From positions 103,274 through 167,273 of the forward strand of contig JBAZQX010000001.1 of NCBI GenBank assembly GCA_041644975.1: 64,000 nucleotides of DNA. Direction: 5' to 3'. Both the position numbers and the translations under genes were made by a program. Below are positions 39,887 through 49,068 of this stretch, one piece after another. Numbering within the stretch: position 1 is the first letter of the stretch; each line of letters opens with the position of its first letter. The notes under the pieces are model-generated. The model made no database searches. It had not been told where the DNA came from and was given only the letters and a program-made list of their open reading frames with translations. Source of the stretch: Candidatus Doudnabacteria bacterium (GTDB lineage: Bacteria > Patescibacteriota > JAQUNI01).

Positions 39887-40990
39887 ATGTCTAAAATTAA
39901 AGTTGGCATTTTATTTGGCGGCAAAAGCGCAGAGCACGAGGTTTCTTTGGTTTCTGCGGAATCAGTGATGGGACATCTTAATCAAAATAAATATGAATTG
40001 ATCCCTATGGGGATTAACCGCGAGGGCAAATGGATTACAGCAGGCGAGCCTCTAAAACATTTAAAGAAGGGTAGACAAGGAGAGGTGCGGAAAAGGGTAT
40101 TGCCAGCAGTGCACTATAAGGACGTAAAATCCTGTGTTGCCACAAAAGCAGTGGATGTGATTTTTCCGGTTTTACATGGCACTTATGGCGAAGATGGCAC
40201 TGTTCAAGGCTTTTTGGAATTAGCGGATATCCCATATGTGGGCGCAGGAGTCGCGGCATCGGCAATAGGAATGGACAAGGTTTTGCAGAAAGAGATATTC
40301 CGGGCTAAGGGTCTGCCAGTGATTAATTATTTGGTTTTTTGGCGCAAGCGGATTTTAGAAAGGTTAGATCCCCAAGTCGTGAAAGAGATTGAAGAAAAAA
40401 TCGGCTACCCTTGTTTTACTAAGCCCGCTAATTCAGGTTCTTCGGTAGGTATTTTTAAGGCGCATACAAGGGCCGAGCTTCGGTATATGATTAAAAAAAC
40501 CGCTCATTTTGACCGCAAGATTATTGTGGAAAAAGCGGTCGCTAATGCCTGTGAAATTGAGGTGGCGGTTTTGGGTAATGATGATCCAGAGGTTTCGGTT
40601 TGCGGTGAAATTATCTCTTCCAATGAATTTTATGATTATGAGGCGAAGTATATTGATGGGAAAAGTAAAGCGATTATTCCCGCAAAGATTTCCCAAAAAA
40701 TAAGTGATGAAATTAGAAAAATCGCGCGAGAAGCCTATCTGGCGATTGACTGCTCTGGAATGGGGCGCGTTGATTTTTTGGTGGATGGAAAAACAAATGA
40801 AGTGTATTTAAGTGAAATTAATACAATCCCAGGATTTACCTCCATTTCTATGTATCCTAAACTTTGGCAGGCATCGGGTCTTTCTTATCCGCGGCTTCTG
40901 GATAAACTAATTCAGTTGGCTTTAGAAAGATTTCAAGATAAACAAAAAAATGAGACTATGTTAGAGTTAAAAAGTAAGTGGTATCAGTAA
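39887..40990 (+). CDS. ddl: D-alanine--D-alanine ligase
   Basis: GGKSAEHEVSL, LHGTYGEDG, GSSVG, FYDYEAKY, EINTIPGFT. Confidence 0.96.
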   Translation: MSKIKVGILFGGKSAEHEVSLVSAESVMGHLNQNKYELIPMGINREGKWITAGEPLKHLKKGRQGEVRKRVLPAVHYKDVKSCVATKAVDVIFPVLHGTYGEDGTVQGFLELADIPYVGAGVAASAIGMDKVLQKEIFRAKGLPVINYLVFWRKRILERLDPQVVKEIEEKIGYPCFTKPANSGSSVGIFKAHTRAELRYMIKKTAHFDRKIIVEKAVANACEIEVAVLGNDDPEVSVCGEIISSNEFYDYEAKYIDGKSKAIIPAKISQKISDEIRKIAREAYLAIDCSGMGRVDFLVDGKTNEVYLSEINTIPGFTSISMYPKLWQASGLSYPRLLDKLIQLALERFQDKQKNETMLELKSKWYQ

Positions 40991-41023
40991 ACCCCGTTAG
41001 AAATTTATTTCTAACGCGGGGTT
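40990..41023. mobile_element. Minimal copy of the CCCCGTTAGAAAT element
   Basis: AACCCCGTTAGAAAT-TT-ATTTCTAACGCGGGGTT immediately after the ddl stop. Confidence 0.72.
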
Positions 41024-41147
41024 AATGGTGGCATTAATGGTTCGGCCCCGCTCCGCCGAAGTCCGCCTAAGGCGGACGGAGGCGAGCACGGTTCACCATT
41101 AATTCTTAAGCTTTACCGAAGGCAGTAGACTGATTGCGCATTAAAAT

Positions 41148-41175
41148 AAAAAATGGCTAGAATAAGCCATTTTTT
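41148..41175. terminator. Bidirectional hairpin between convergent ddl and hypA
   Basis: AAAAAATGGCT-AGAATA-AGCCATTTTTT; near-identical copy at 57488-57513. Confidence 0.6.
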
Positions 41176-41193
41176 AGTCATTCTTTTAAGGAC

Positions 41194-41451
41194 TTATTTC
41201 ATCCCTTGAATTTCTTTTAATTTGAAATAGTCCCCTTTTATTTTTTCAATTTGAATTTCCGCACCTTTTGCTATAGTTTTTTGATTGAGGAGGTTGAGAT
41301 TGAATTTTAAATTTAGAGGAGCAATAATGGCTCCGTGCTCTTTAATTTCGCCCAATTCAATTACTATTTTGGTGATTTTTTTTAAATGACTTTTTTGGGC
41401 ATATTCCAAAGCTTGGTGCAAAATTTTGTTGGCAGCGTGAAAATCGTGCAT
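41194..41451 (-). CDS. hypA: Minimal HypA-like nickel chaperone lacking the zinc finger
   Basis: MHD start, KITKIVIELG, LKFNL, TIAKGAEIQI; no Cys at all. Confidence 0.75.
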   Translation of the reverse strand: MHDFHAANKILHQALEYAQKSHLKKITKIVIELGEIKEHGAIIAPLNLKFNLNLLNQKTIAKGAEIQIEKIKGDYFKLKEIQGMK

Positions 41452-41453
41452 AA

Positions 41454-41557
41454 AATTGGTAATTAGTAATCCGTAATCAGTAATTGGTAACTTTCGCCGC
41501 TCCGCGGCGAATTGACCCTCCCATTACTGATTACGGATTACTAATTACTGATTACTA
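41454..41557. repeat. Inverted heptamer tandem array with a central palindrome
   Basis: ATTGGTA/ATTAGTA/ATCCGTA/ATCAGTA units ... TTACTGA/TTACGGA/TTACTAA units; centre TTCGCCGCTCCGCGGCGAA. Confidence 0.8.
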
Positions 41558-41559
41558 TA

Positions 41560-42813
41560 TTAATGTACCGCGCAGGTGATGCAGGGATCATAGGCGCGGA
41601 TGAGCATTTTAATATCGTTTTCTTTTCTACTATTCTCTAAAAATTTTTCCAGATCATTTTCCAAATTCGCTAAAAATTGAGCAGTGGGAGTAATAATATT
41701 GCAGTTTTTGATAAAACCCCTCGCATCGATTTCGTAATAATGGAAAAGAAGTCCGCGGGGCGCTTCAGTAACCCCCAATCCCCTGCCCGCCTTCGTTTTG
41801 TATTTTTGTATTTTTTCCGCTTTGATTTTAAATTCTGAAAGGATTTTGATTGTTTCTTCCGTCGCATGAATTACTTCAATCATTTGGGCAAGAAGATTAT
41901 AAAAGATATTATAGCAAGGGAGGGTAAATTCAGCGCGGGCGAGAGCTTTACGCGCAAATGGGTTTAATTTTCTGTAATTTAAATTGATGCGGCTAAGCGC
42001 GCCTACAAGATAACTTTCGCGGGCGATTTTTACTTTTTTGATTAAATCTCCTGCCATTTCTTGCTCTTCGTTCGCCTTTTTCAAAAATATTTGGGGGGAG
42101 TAAGTTTTATTTTTAGGTAGTTTAATTTGACCATTGTAGAGGGCATATTCTTGTTTGTTGGCTAAGGCGGCAAAAACAGTTAAGCGTTGAAATTCTGGGA
42201 AGGTGAGATTATTTAAAAAGTCAAAAAGGTCATTGGCGGTTTCCAGATTTTTTTTCGCGGTATTCAAGATTTTATTGAGCATTCTTCCCGAGGGTAACTT
42301 ACGAAAGCCGCCGATGGCAGTAGTTGTCGGGTGGATATTGCGGCCGCCGATTGTGTTTAAAATGAGGTTGCCAAAGTCGCGGATTTGGATTGCTTCTCTC
42401 GTAATTTTAGGATTGATCTTCACTAAAGTTAAATCGCTTTTTAAATTAAAAAAATCAGAGAGGGCTAAAAAATAGATATGCGTCATATGGCTTTGAATGA
42501 ATTGGCCGAACAGCATTAGTTTGCGCAGGGTTGTTGTTTGAGGGCTTGCTTTAACGCGCAAAGCCTTCTCTATTGCTTTGATGGCAGTCAAATTGTGGAC
42601 AGTGGGACAAATGCCGCAGATTCGCGCCGTAATCCAAGGCGCTTCAGTATATTTTCGTCCGATTAATATTCCTTCAATAAGCCTCGCTCCTTCTTTGACC
42701 TCCAAACGCGCTTCGCGGATGAGACCATTTTCTAATTTACCCACAAATCCCGCATGACCTTCAATCTTGTTGATTGCGTTGATAGAAATGGTAATTTTTT
42801 CTCTAACAGACAT
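41560..42813 (-). CDS. hydA: Group 3b [NiFe]-hydrogenase large (alpha) subunit
   Basis: KIEGHA, L1 RICGICPTVH, GGRNIHP, EAPRG, L2 RAYDPCITCAVH. Confidence 0.93.
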   Translation of the reverse strand: MSVREKITISINAINKIEGHAGFVGKLENGLIREARLEVKEGARLIEGILIGRKYTEAPWITARICGICPTVHNLTAIKAIEKALRVKASPQTTTLRKLMLFGQFIQSHMTHIYFLALSDFFNLKSDLTLVKINPKITREAIQIRDFGNLILNTIGGRNIHPTTTAIGGFRKLPSGRMLNKILNTAKKNLETANDLFDFLNNLTFPEFQRLTVFAALANKQEYALYNGQIKLPKNKTYSPQIFLKKANEEQEMAGDLIKKVKIARESYLVGALSRINLNYRKLNPFARKALARAEFTLPCYNIFYNLLAQMIEVIHATEETIKILSEFKIKAEKIQKYKTKAGRGLGVTEAPRGLLFHYYEIDARGFIKNCNIITPTAQFLANLENDLEKFLENSRKENDIKMLIRAYDPCITCAVH

Positions 42814-42850
42814 GAAAATTTAATGAAAATTGAAAATTATAAATTATTTA

Positions 42851-43576
42851 TCATTTGTTCCCAAAAATTTCCAGAACCCTCTCATACTCTTTATTGCCTA
42901 AAAGTTCCTGCATCTTTTCTTCATTCGGTTCATTTACCCTGCCGCGGCAGCCAGTGCAGGGCAAATTACTTTTTAAGCAGATTGCTTCGCACCCACCACG
43001 GATCATCGGTCCGAGACAGGGTTTGTCTTCTAAAAGCAGGCAGGGATAATTTTTAATTTGGCATTCATAGCAGACTGGACGATCAGGCAGATGCGGTTTA
43101 CTGCCAATCGCTACTTGTCTTAAGACTTCTAAAATTTCTTGATTGTTTGGCGGACAGCCGGGAATGACAAAATCTACAGGCACGTAAGCAGATAGGGGTT
43201 GAATTTTCCAATTATCAATTTTTTCTCCGGAAGACGGATAAACATATTTTAAGATTTTATCTTTATTGCCGTAATTTTTGATTTTTTGGATATTGCCTAG
43301 ATGCGCGCAGGCGCCTAGAGCGATCAAGGTTTTAGTTTGTTGACGCAGATTTTTTAGTTTTATTTTTTCCTCTTTCCTGGTGACCGTTCCTTCAATAAAT
43401 GTAATATCAATGTCTATTTCGTTATTAGCCTTTTTGTCCTCAATAAGATGGAAATCCGCTAATTCAAAATCCTCCAAGACTTTAAAAAAAGTTTGGCCTA
43501 AATCTAAAATAGAGAAAAGACAGCCATTGCAAGAGGTGAGCGAAGTAATAATTAAAGTTTTTTTCTTTTTTTTCAT
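42851..43576 (-). CDS. hydD: Group 3b hydrogenase small (delta) subunit
   Basis: TSCNGC, IEG, GACA, PGCPP, VCYEC, CLGP, GCEAIC, CTGCRG. Confidence 0.92.
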   Translation of the reverse strand: MKKKKKTLIITSLTSCNGCLFSILDLGQTFFKVLEDFELADFHLIEDKKANNEIDIDITFIEGTVTRKEEKIKLKNLRQQTKTLIALGACAHLGNIQKIKNYGNKDKILKYVYPSSGEKIDNWKIQPLSAYVPVDFVIPGCPPNNQEILEVLRQVAIGSKPHLPDRPVCYECQIKNYPCLLLEDKPCLGPMIRGGCEAICLKSNLPCTGCRGRVNEPNEEKMQELLGNKEYERVLEIFGNK

Positions 43577-44313
43577 CGGAAAAAAGGAATACGTTTTTGA
43601 GGGTTGAGGTTAATTTTTATCTTTTTGTCGAGGTCTTGATGTTGATTTTTTTTAATAATGCAACGCGTTAAATCAAATGGGTACATACCGGGTTTTCCAA
43701 AATCAATGCATGCAGGGATAGCTTTGCTGATTTTAGCCAAATATTCCAACCTCTCTTGTTCGGCTTTAAGTTTTTTTGAGAGGGAGATTAGATTCGCATT
43801 GTTGGCACAATCTATTACCACACCAAAGTGGTGGAAGACATTTTGACCTTTGATTACTTTTAAATTCGGCGGCACAAAAACGTTTTTAAAAATCGTTTTC
43901 TTGATGCCATATTGATATTCTAAATCCGCGACACAGTTTCCTTGCTGTTCTTTGATATTAACGAGTTTGCAAAGGGTGAGAATATGGGCTAAGGCATAAG
44001 ATGGAGAGTAGATGTCCTCAATCTTGTTTTCAGCGATACCTTCGGTGTGGTCTAGGGCAAAACACTCTAAAATATCTTCTTGATCAATCAAAATTTTATT
44101 ATGTTTTTCCGCGTAGTAACTGATTGTATTGGGAAAGGCGGTAATAATGTAGCGAGAAAGTGTGGCAAGTTTAACCGGTTTATTTTGGATAAACTTTTTT
44201 AAATCAACGGTGCTGATGCAAAAGGGGTGCAAAAAAAGCCTACTTACTTTATCAATTGCCTTAGGTGTACATTTTATTTTTTTAAAATAAGGCAGGGTTT
44301 TTGCCCTTGCCAT
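43573..44313 (-). CDS. Hydrogenase-associated protein (possibly DUF6390-like)
   Basis: Inside the hydrogenase operon; C-terminal KGQNVFHHFGVVID resembles a HypC-like OB motif. Confidence 0.6.
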   Translation of the reverse strand: MARAKTLPYFKKIKCTPKAIDKVSRLFLHPFCISTVDLKKFIQNKPVKLATLSRYIITAFPNTISYYAEKHNKILIDQEDILECFALDHTEGIAENKIEDIYSPSYALAHILTLCKLVNIKEQQGNCVADLEYQYGIKKTIFKNVFVPPNLKVIKGQNVFHHFGVVIDCANNANLISLSKKLKAEQERLEYLAKISKAIPACIDFGKPGMYPFDLTRCIIKKNQHQDLDKKIKINLNPQKRIPFFR

Positions 44314-44315
44314 AT

Positions 44316-45221
44316 TCAATTTTTGGATGAGACCACCTTTTTTGGCCATAGTTTGTTTTGGAAGACCACAAGATAAAGCCCAAAAATTAAAAGCAGAATT
44401 CCTGTTATTTTTAAAGGGATCGCTTTTTCATTGATAAATATCAGAGAGAGAAGAGAAGTAAGGGGCGCGCCGAGGGTCATAATTGCGGCGGCAGTAAAAG
44501 CGGGAATGTATTTCAAACCATTATAAAAAGTAGTCACATAACCAAAAAGAATGATGGCGCTAATCACTATCCAAAGATATTGCCATATGGAATAGCCGAG
44601 GGTGAGGTGAAACCCGTTGTTTTTGACCAGGAGGAATAATAAGATCAGAATTGCGCCAAAGAACATTCTGCCCCAAGCAACCATGAAGCCTGAAAGACGG
44701 GTAAGAACTTTTTTGGCAAGCGCGATTTCAAAAGCCCACATTATTGCAGCTATTAAAATCAGGAGATCGCCGCGATTGAGGCTTTCCGGTTTATATTGAA
44801 AGTAGAATATACTGCCCAAAAGCATTATAAAGGCGGCGACTAGTTCATATTTGTTAATCTTTTTTTTCAGAAATAACCAAGAAATCGGCACAAGCCAAAT
44901 AAACATCGTTTTATGAAAGAAGCTTGCTTGCGCGGCTGAAGTGAGGGTTAAGCCTTTGAAAAAAAGAAGGAAGGGCACAGAGCCGCCTATAAAACCAATT
45001 AAGACTAAATTCCACCAATCCCTGCGGGTCAAACTCTGAAATTCCTTGAGCCGATAGATCAGAAAAAGCATAGCCGTTAATAATATGGCAACCAGAATAT
45101 TTTTTGCGAAGGTAAAAAAGTAGGGCTCAATACCCGACGCCCCCCATTTATTCAGGAAGACGGAGAAACCAGAGATGATGCTTGTAGTTAAAACAAGAAG
45201 AATGCCTTTAGTGTATTTCAT
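44316..45221 (-). CDS. EamA/DMT family transporter
   Basis: About ten TM helices in two repeats; LFFKGL, GDLLILIAAIMWA. Confidence 0.88.
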   Translation of the reverse strand: MKYTKGILLVLTTSIISGFSVFLNKWGASGIEPYFFTFAKNILVAILLTAMLFLIYRLKEFQSLTRRDWWNLVLIGFIGGSVPFLLFFKGLTLTSAAQASFFHKTMFIWLVPISWLFLKKKINKYELVAAFIMLLGSIFYFQYKPESLNRGDLLILIAAIMWAFEIALAKKVLTRLSGFMVAWGRMFFGAILILLFLLVKNNGFHLTLGYSIWQYLWIVISAIILFGYVTTFYNGLKYIPAFTAAAIMTLGAPLTSLLSLIFINEKAIPLKITGILLLIFGLYLVVFQNKLWPKKVVSSKN

Positions 45222-45261
45222 AAAAGTTAAAAATTGAAAATTAGAAATGAAAAATTGCAAT

Positions 45262-45465
45262 TTAAAATGCAAAATTATTGAACATCAAATTTAAAATATC
45301 CTTTGTTTGTTTTTCTGATATTTTTTTAATAATTATTCCATTTTGTTCTAATACCCAATCCCCTGTTTTAATAGAGACCAAAGAAGCGTCAAGTGTTTTG
45401 CCCTGCTCATTTATTGCTTTATTTTTTTTTAATCCTATGATTTTTTGGGGAATAGTAAGGCACAT
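45262..45465 (-). CDS. hypC: Hydrogenase maturation chaperone HypC
   Basis: MCLTIPQKI, GDWVL, IIKKI. Confidence 0.85.
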   Translation of the reverse strand: MCLTIPQKIIGLKKNKAINEQGKTLDASLVSIKTGDWVLEQNGIIIKKISEKQTKDILNLMFNNFAF

Positions 45466-45501
45466 ATTAAAAGTTAAAAGTCATTTAATTTGAAACTAAT
45501 A

Positions 45502-46311
45502 TTAGATTACATTTGGTAAATTTTTGATTTCCGCCCACGAAAATACCGGTCCTTCTTTACAGACGTATTTTCCATTCGGGAGCGCACAGTGTTGGCAGAT
45601 GCCGATGCCGCAGTGCATGCGCCGTTCCAAAGAAAGATAAATCTCATCGTCTTTAAATTTTAATCTTTTCAGCCTCTCCAGAACGAATTTATACATTATC
45701 GGCGGTCCCACCACGAGAGCCAGAGCATGTTCAATAGTTTTATATTTATCAAATAAAGTGGTAATCACACCAATATTTCCTTTCCACTGCAACTGGCATT
45801 GATCTAGGGTTACTTTAACATCAATTTCCTGCTTTTGCCAAGAAGGAAATTCTTTTTCAAAAATGCGGTATTCCTCGCATTTAGTACCATAGAGGAGCTG
45901 AATTTTTTTATAAGAAGCGCGGCGATGTAGAATACTTAAAATTACGGAACGTAAAGGGGCGAGACCAATGCCGCCGGCAACAATGAGTAAATTTTTATGC
46001 ACTAGCTTTTTCAAGGGAAAACCGTGTCCATAAGGTCCTCTCACGCCCACATAGTCGCCCTGATGCATATGAAAGAGGGCAGAGGTGACAATACCTTTTT
46101 CCTGAACCGCGATTTGAAATTGTTTGCTGTCGTATTGGCTGGAGCAAAAGGCGAAAGGCGCTTCACCCACTTTAGGAATAGAGAGTTCTAAAAATTGGCC
46201 TGTTTCAAAAGTTGTTTTTTTTTCCGGTTTTAAAGTAAAAACTTTGACTTGAGGGGCATCTAGATACACATCAATAATTTTTGCTTTTTGAGGAAGAAAA
46301 GGGTTAAACAT
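45502..46311 (-). CDS. hydG: Group 3b hydrogenase gamma subunit (FAD/NAD(P)-binding)
   Basis: GQF, GEAPF, RGPYGHGF, AGGIGLAPLR, GPPIM, ERRMHCGIGICQHC, VCKEGPVF. Confidence 0.92.
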   Translation of the reverse strand: MFNPFLPQKAKIIDVYLDAPQVKVFTLKPEKKTTFETGQFLELSIPKVGEAPFAFCSSQYDSKQFQIAVQEKGIVTSALFHMHQGDYVGVRGPYGHGFPLKKLVHKNLLIVAGGIGLAPLRSVILSILHRRASYKKIQLLYGTKCEEYRIFEKEFPSWQKQEIDVKVTLDQCQLQWKGNIGVITTLFDKYKTIEHALALVVGPPIMYKFVLERLKRLKFKDDEIYLSLERRMHCGIGICQHCALPNGKYVCKEGPVFSWAEIKNLPNVI

Positions 46312-46344
46312 AAAATAGGTTCAAAATTTAAACACAAAAATAAT

Positions 46345-46941
46345 TTAGAATCCGGCTCCACCAGGAGTATATATTACTAAAACATATCTTCCTTCAGCAT
46401 CGGGGGTTAGGCTATAGAACATTGGATCAGAGGCAGGCACTTGATTTTCTACTGTCCAATGTGCATAAATTTTGTAATCAGCGCCATTTGATCTATAAAG
46501 ATAACAGCTAATAGAAGTTGCGGGGCTTGGATTAGGGTCTACGGGCAAGGTTGTCATATAGGTTGGGGCAAGGTTCGGTATCCAACCAGTTGCTCCGGTA
46601 TTAGGGTGGCTTCCGTAAGCCGAACAAGCGCCCCACCAGGCGCCACCCGTGGAGGGATAAGCATTGCTGCTATCGTAATAAAGCTCAAGAGCGGTTTGCA
46701 GTTGTTTCATAGATGCTCTTCTTTGAGTATCTCTTGCTTTTTTACGAGCACTATTAACAGATACAGTGACGATTGTTGCTAAGAGGCCAATTATCGCAAT
46801 TACTACGAGAAGTTCAATTAAAGTGAAACCCGTTAGAAATTTATGTTTTTTATTGTGGCCTTCATTACTTCCCGTTATTTCTAATGGGGTAAACCCTTTT
46901 TTTTGTGTTTTTTTGTTAAGAGTTTTAATTATATTTTTCAT
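46345..46941 (-). CDS. Type IV pilin / GspG-like pseudopilin
   Basis: G|FTLIELLVVIAIIGLLA, ARKKARD..R, ALELYY...YP, LPVDP, two Cys. Confidence 0.92.
   Translation of the reverse strand: MKNIIKTLNKKTQKKGFTPLEITGSNEGHNKKHKFLTGFTLIELLVVIAIIGLLATIVTVSVNSARKKARDTQRRASMKQLQTALELYYDSSNAYPSTGGAWWGACSAYGSHPNTGATGWIPNLAPTYMTTLPVDPNPSPATSISCYLYRSNGADYKIYAHWTVENQVPASDPMFYSLTPDAEGRYVLVIYTPGGAGF
46829..46889. mobile_element. CCCGTTAGAAAT element inserted in frame in the prepilin leader
   Basis: CCCGTTAGAAAT (46829-46840) ... ATTTCTAATGGGG (46877-46889); protein reads GFT-PLEITGSNEGHNKKHKFLT-GFT. Confidence 0.8.
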
Positions 46942-47888
46942 TTGAATTTCTTAATTTTTTCCAGATTTTTTTTAATATTGATTCCCACAGGGCATACTTC
47001 AGTACAGCGGCCGCATTGGACGCAACCGACAAAACCGTATTCTTGAGGCATACGGACAAATTTATGGTCATACCAATTATATATTCTTTCCGTTCGATTT
47101 TTTAGAAACTTATACTCGCCTGCCACTTCGGAAAATTCAGAGTAAAAACAGTTGCCCCATTCGCGGAATGCTTTGCCGCTGCCTTCGGTTTTTAAATCGT
47201 AGCAGTAACACATAGGGCAGACAAGGGTGCATTTGCCGCAAGCAAGGCATTCCCCCCCTAATTTTTTCCAGAATGGGAAACCATAGGAGGCTTTAATTTT
47301 TTTCGCTATTTTTTGCAAATAGAGAGAATAGCCTTGGTCTTTAAGGGGGCCTTGATATTCAATATGCTCATAACGTTCTTCCCCAAAACCTTCCAGAATT
47401 TTTTGCCCTTCTTCTGATCCCGAAAAAAGACGATAAGAATTATTTTGATTTTGGTCAAAATAAAGATCAAATTTGAGATGATGCAATATTTTATTCTCAA
47501 ATTCTTGATAAAAAGAGTTTTCATCGGGCACAGGAGAAATTCCACAAATAATACTGTTCCTCAGGTTGGCTTGGAAATAAACATCGCGGCTGAAAATTAT
47601 GGAATAGTATGTTAAAGCCTCTAAATCAAAGAGAGGGATACCAAGAACAATTCTTTTCTTTTTTTCTTTGTCAGGGGAGTGATATTTTTTATTATAATAA
47701 GAATACAGTTTCTCTTTGCCTGGCAGAAAAAGCTTTCGCAAGGGGTAAAAAGGTTTGCGGCTGTATTCAATATCGCGCGAGGATTGGATTTTCCCGAACC
47801 GTACAATTCCCCTGCTTTCTTTAGGGGCATAAACTTCAAACCGCAGAAGAAGCCAGTTGATGAATTTTTGGTAAGTGATGGAATCCAT
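46938..47888 (-). CDS. hydB: Group 3b hydrogenase beta subunit (4Fe-4S dicluster)
   Basis: CLACGKCTLVCPMCYC, CVQCGRCTEVCPVGI, WYDHKF. Confidence 0.9.
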   Translation of the reverse strand: MDSITYQKFINWLLLRFEVYAPKESRGIVRFGKIQSSRDIEYSRKPFYPLRKLFLPGKEKLYSYYNKKYHSPDKEKKKRIVLGIPLFDLEALTYYSIIFSRDVYFQANLRNSIICGISPVPDENSFYQEFENKILHHLKFDLYFDQNQNNSYRLFSGSEEGQKILEGFGEERYEHIEYQGPLKDQGYSLYLQKIAKKIKASYGFPFWKKLGGECLACGKCTLVCPMCYCYDLKTEGSGKAFREWGNCFYSEFSEVAGEYKFLKNRTERIYNWYDHKFVRMPQEYGFVGCVQCGRCTEVCPVGINIKKNLEKIKKFK

Positions 47889-48062
47889 TAAAATTTTTTA
47901 ATTGCTCTAATTGACCTAATTTTCCCGCCTGCGCCCTTCGGGCTTCGGCGGGCAGGTAAATAAATCCCAATACCCAATGTCTAAATCCCAAATAATTTTG
48001 GATATTAGTCATTGGGGTTTAGACATTATTTAGGTCAATTCGGACGAAAAAGATTTTATTTT

Positions 48063-48974
48063 TTACCTTTTTTTAGCTAAATAGTTGAATGCCGAAATCG
48101 CAGCTTTCGCTCCTTCGCCCGCGGCAATCACAATCTGCTCATACGGTATGTCCGTGATGTCACCGCAAGCAAAGATGCCTTCTTGGCTTGTTTGGCAGAA
48201 TCTGTCTATTTTTATTTTGCCCTCATTATTTAATTCTAGTAAGTCTTTAATCAATTCCGTGTTGGGCATACCTCCGATTTCGACAAATACACCATCTATT
48301 TTTAAATTTTTAATTGCATTAGTCTTGCTATTTTTTATTTTGGCGCCACGCACAAAATTATCACCATAGATTTCCATAATTTCAGTATTGTTGAGAATTT
48401 GCGTTTTTGCTTGTGTTTTTATTTTATCTAAAAGTAAGGGATCACCAGCGCATTTTGATTCTTTTTCAATTAGGTAAACTTGATTTGCGGTTTTTTCCAT
48501 TTGAATTACCGCTTCTAAACCGCTATTCCCGCTCCCGACAATGGCGACTATCTTATTGGCAAAAAGCGGACCATCGCAAGTGGCGCAATAGGTTACACCT
48601 TTGCCTTGGAATTTTTTTTCACCTGGCACGTTTAAAGGCCGCGGTTTTTTACCTATAGCGAGGATTAATGTTTTGGCTTCATACTCTTCTGTTGCGGTTT
48701 TCACCACAAAGTGAAGAGATGTTGTTTTGCGAATATCTATTACCCTTTCATTTTTTGTAGTGACGGCAAATTTTTGAAGATGTTCTGTAAATTGTTGGGC
48801 CAGTGAAGCGCCGGTTGTGTCTGAAAATCCGGGATAATTTTCAATTTCCCAAGTCTCTAAAATTTGACCGCCAATATTTTCGGTAATAAGCAGAGAGTTT
48901 AATTTTTTGCGTGCGGCGTAAATGGCGGCTGAAACTCCGGCAGGGCCTCCGCCGATAATGATTGTGTCATACAT
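48063..48974 (-). CDS. trxB: Thioredoxin reductase (TrxB/AhpF C-terminal type)
   Basis: GGGPAG, IENYPG, YCATCDG, GSGNSG, GIFACGD, QIVIAAGEG. Confidence 0.92.
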   Translation of the reverse strand: MYDTIIIGGGPAGVSAAIYAARKKLNSLLITENIGGQILETWEIENYPGFSDTTGASLAQQFTEHLQKFAVTTKNERVIDIRKTTSLHFVVKTATEEYEAKTLILAIGKKPRPLNVPGEKKFQGKGVTYCATCDGPLFANKIVAIVGSGNSGLEAVIQMEKTANQVYLIEKESKCAGDPLLLDKIKTQAKTQILNNTEIMEIYGDNFVRGAKIKNSKTNAIKNLKIDGVFVEIGGMPNTELIKDLLELNNEGKIKIDRFCQTSQEGIFACGDITDIPYEQIVIAAGEGAKAAISAFNYLAKKR

Positions 48975-48982
48975 ATTATTTT

Positions 48983-49068
48983 GAATAAGGAATCAGGAAT
49001 AATGAATAATGAATAGAATTATAATAGATATATAAAAATCATAATTCCTTATTCATAATTCATAATTC
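48983..49068. repeat. Inverted heptamer tandem array overlapping the mutM stop
   Basis: GAATAAG/GAATCAG/GAATAAT units ... CATAATT/CCTTATT units. Confidence 0.7.

Noticed and set aside
46345-46830. Electrically conductive pilin serving the hydrogenase
   Set aside because: Y50, Y51 and Y57 are present, but positions 24 and 27 are V and A, leaving a 48-residue aromatic-free gap.
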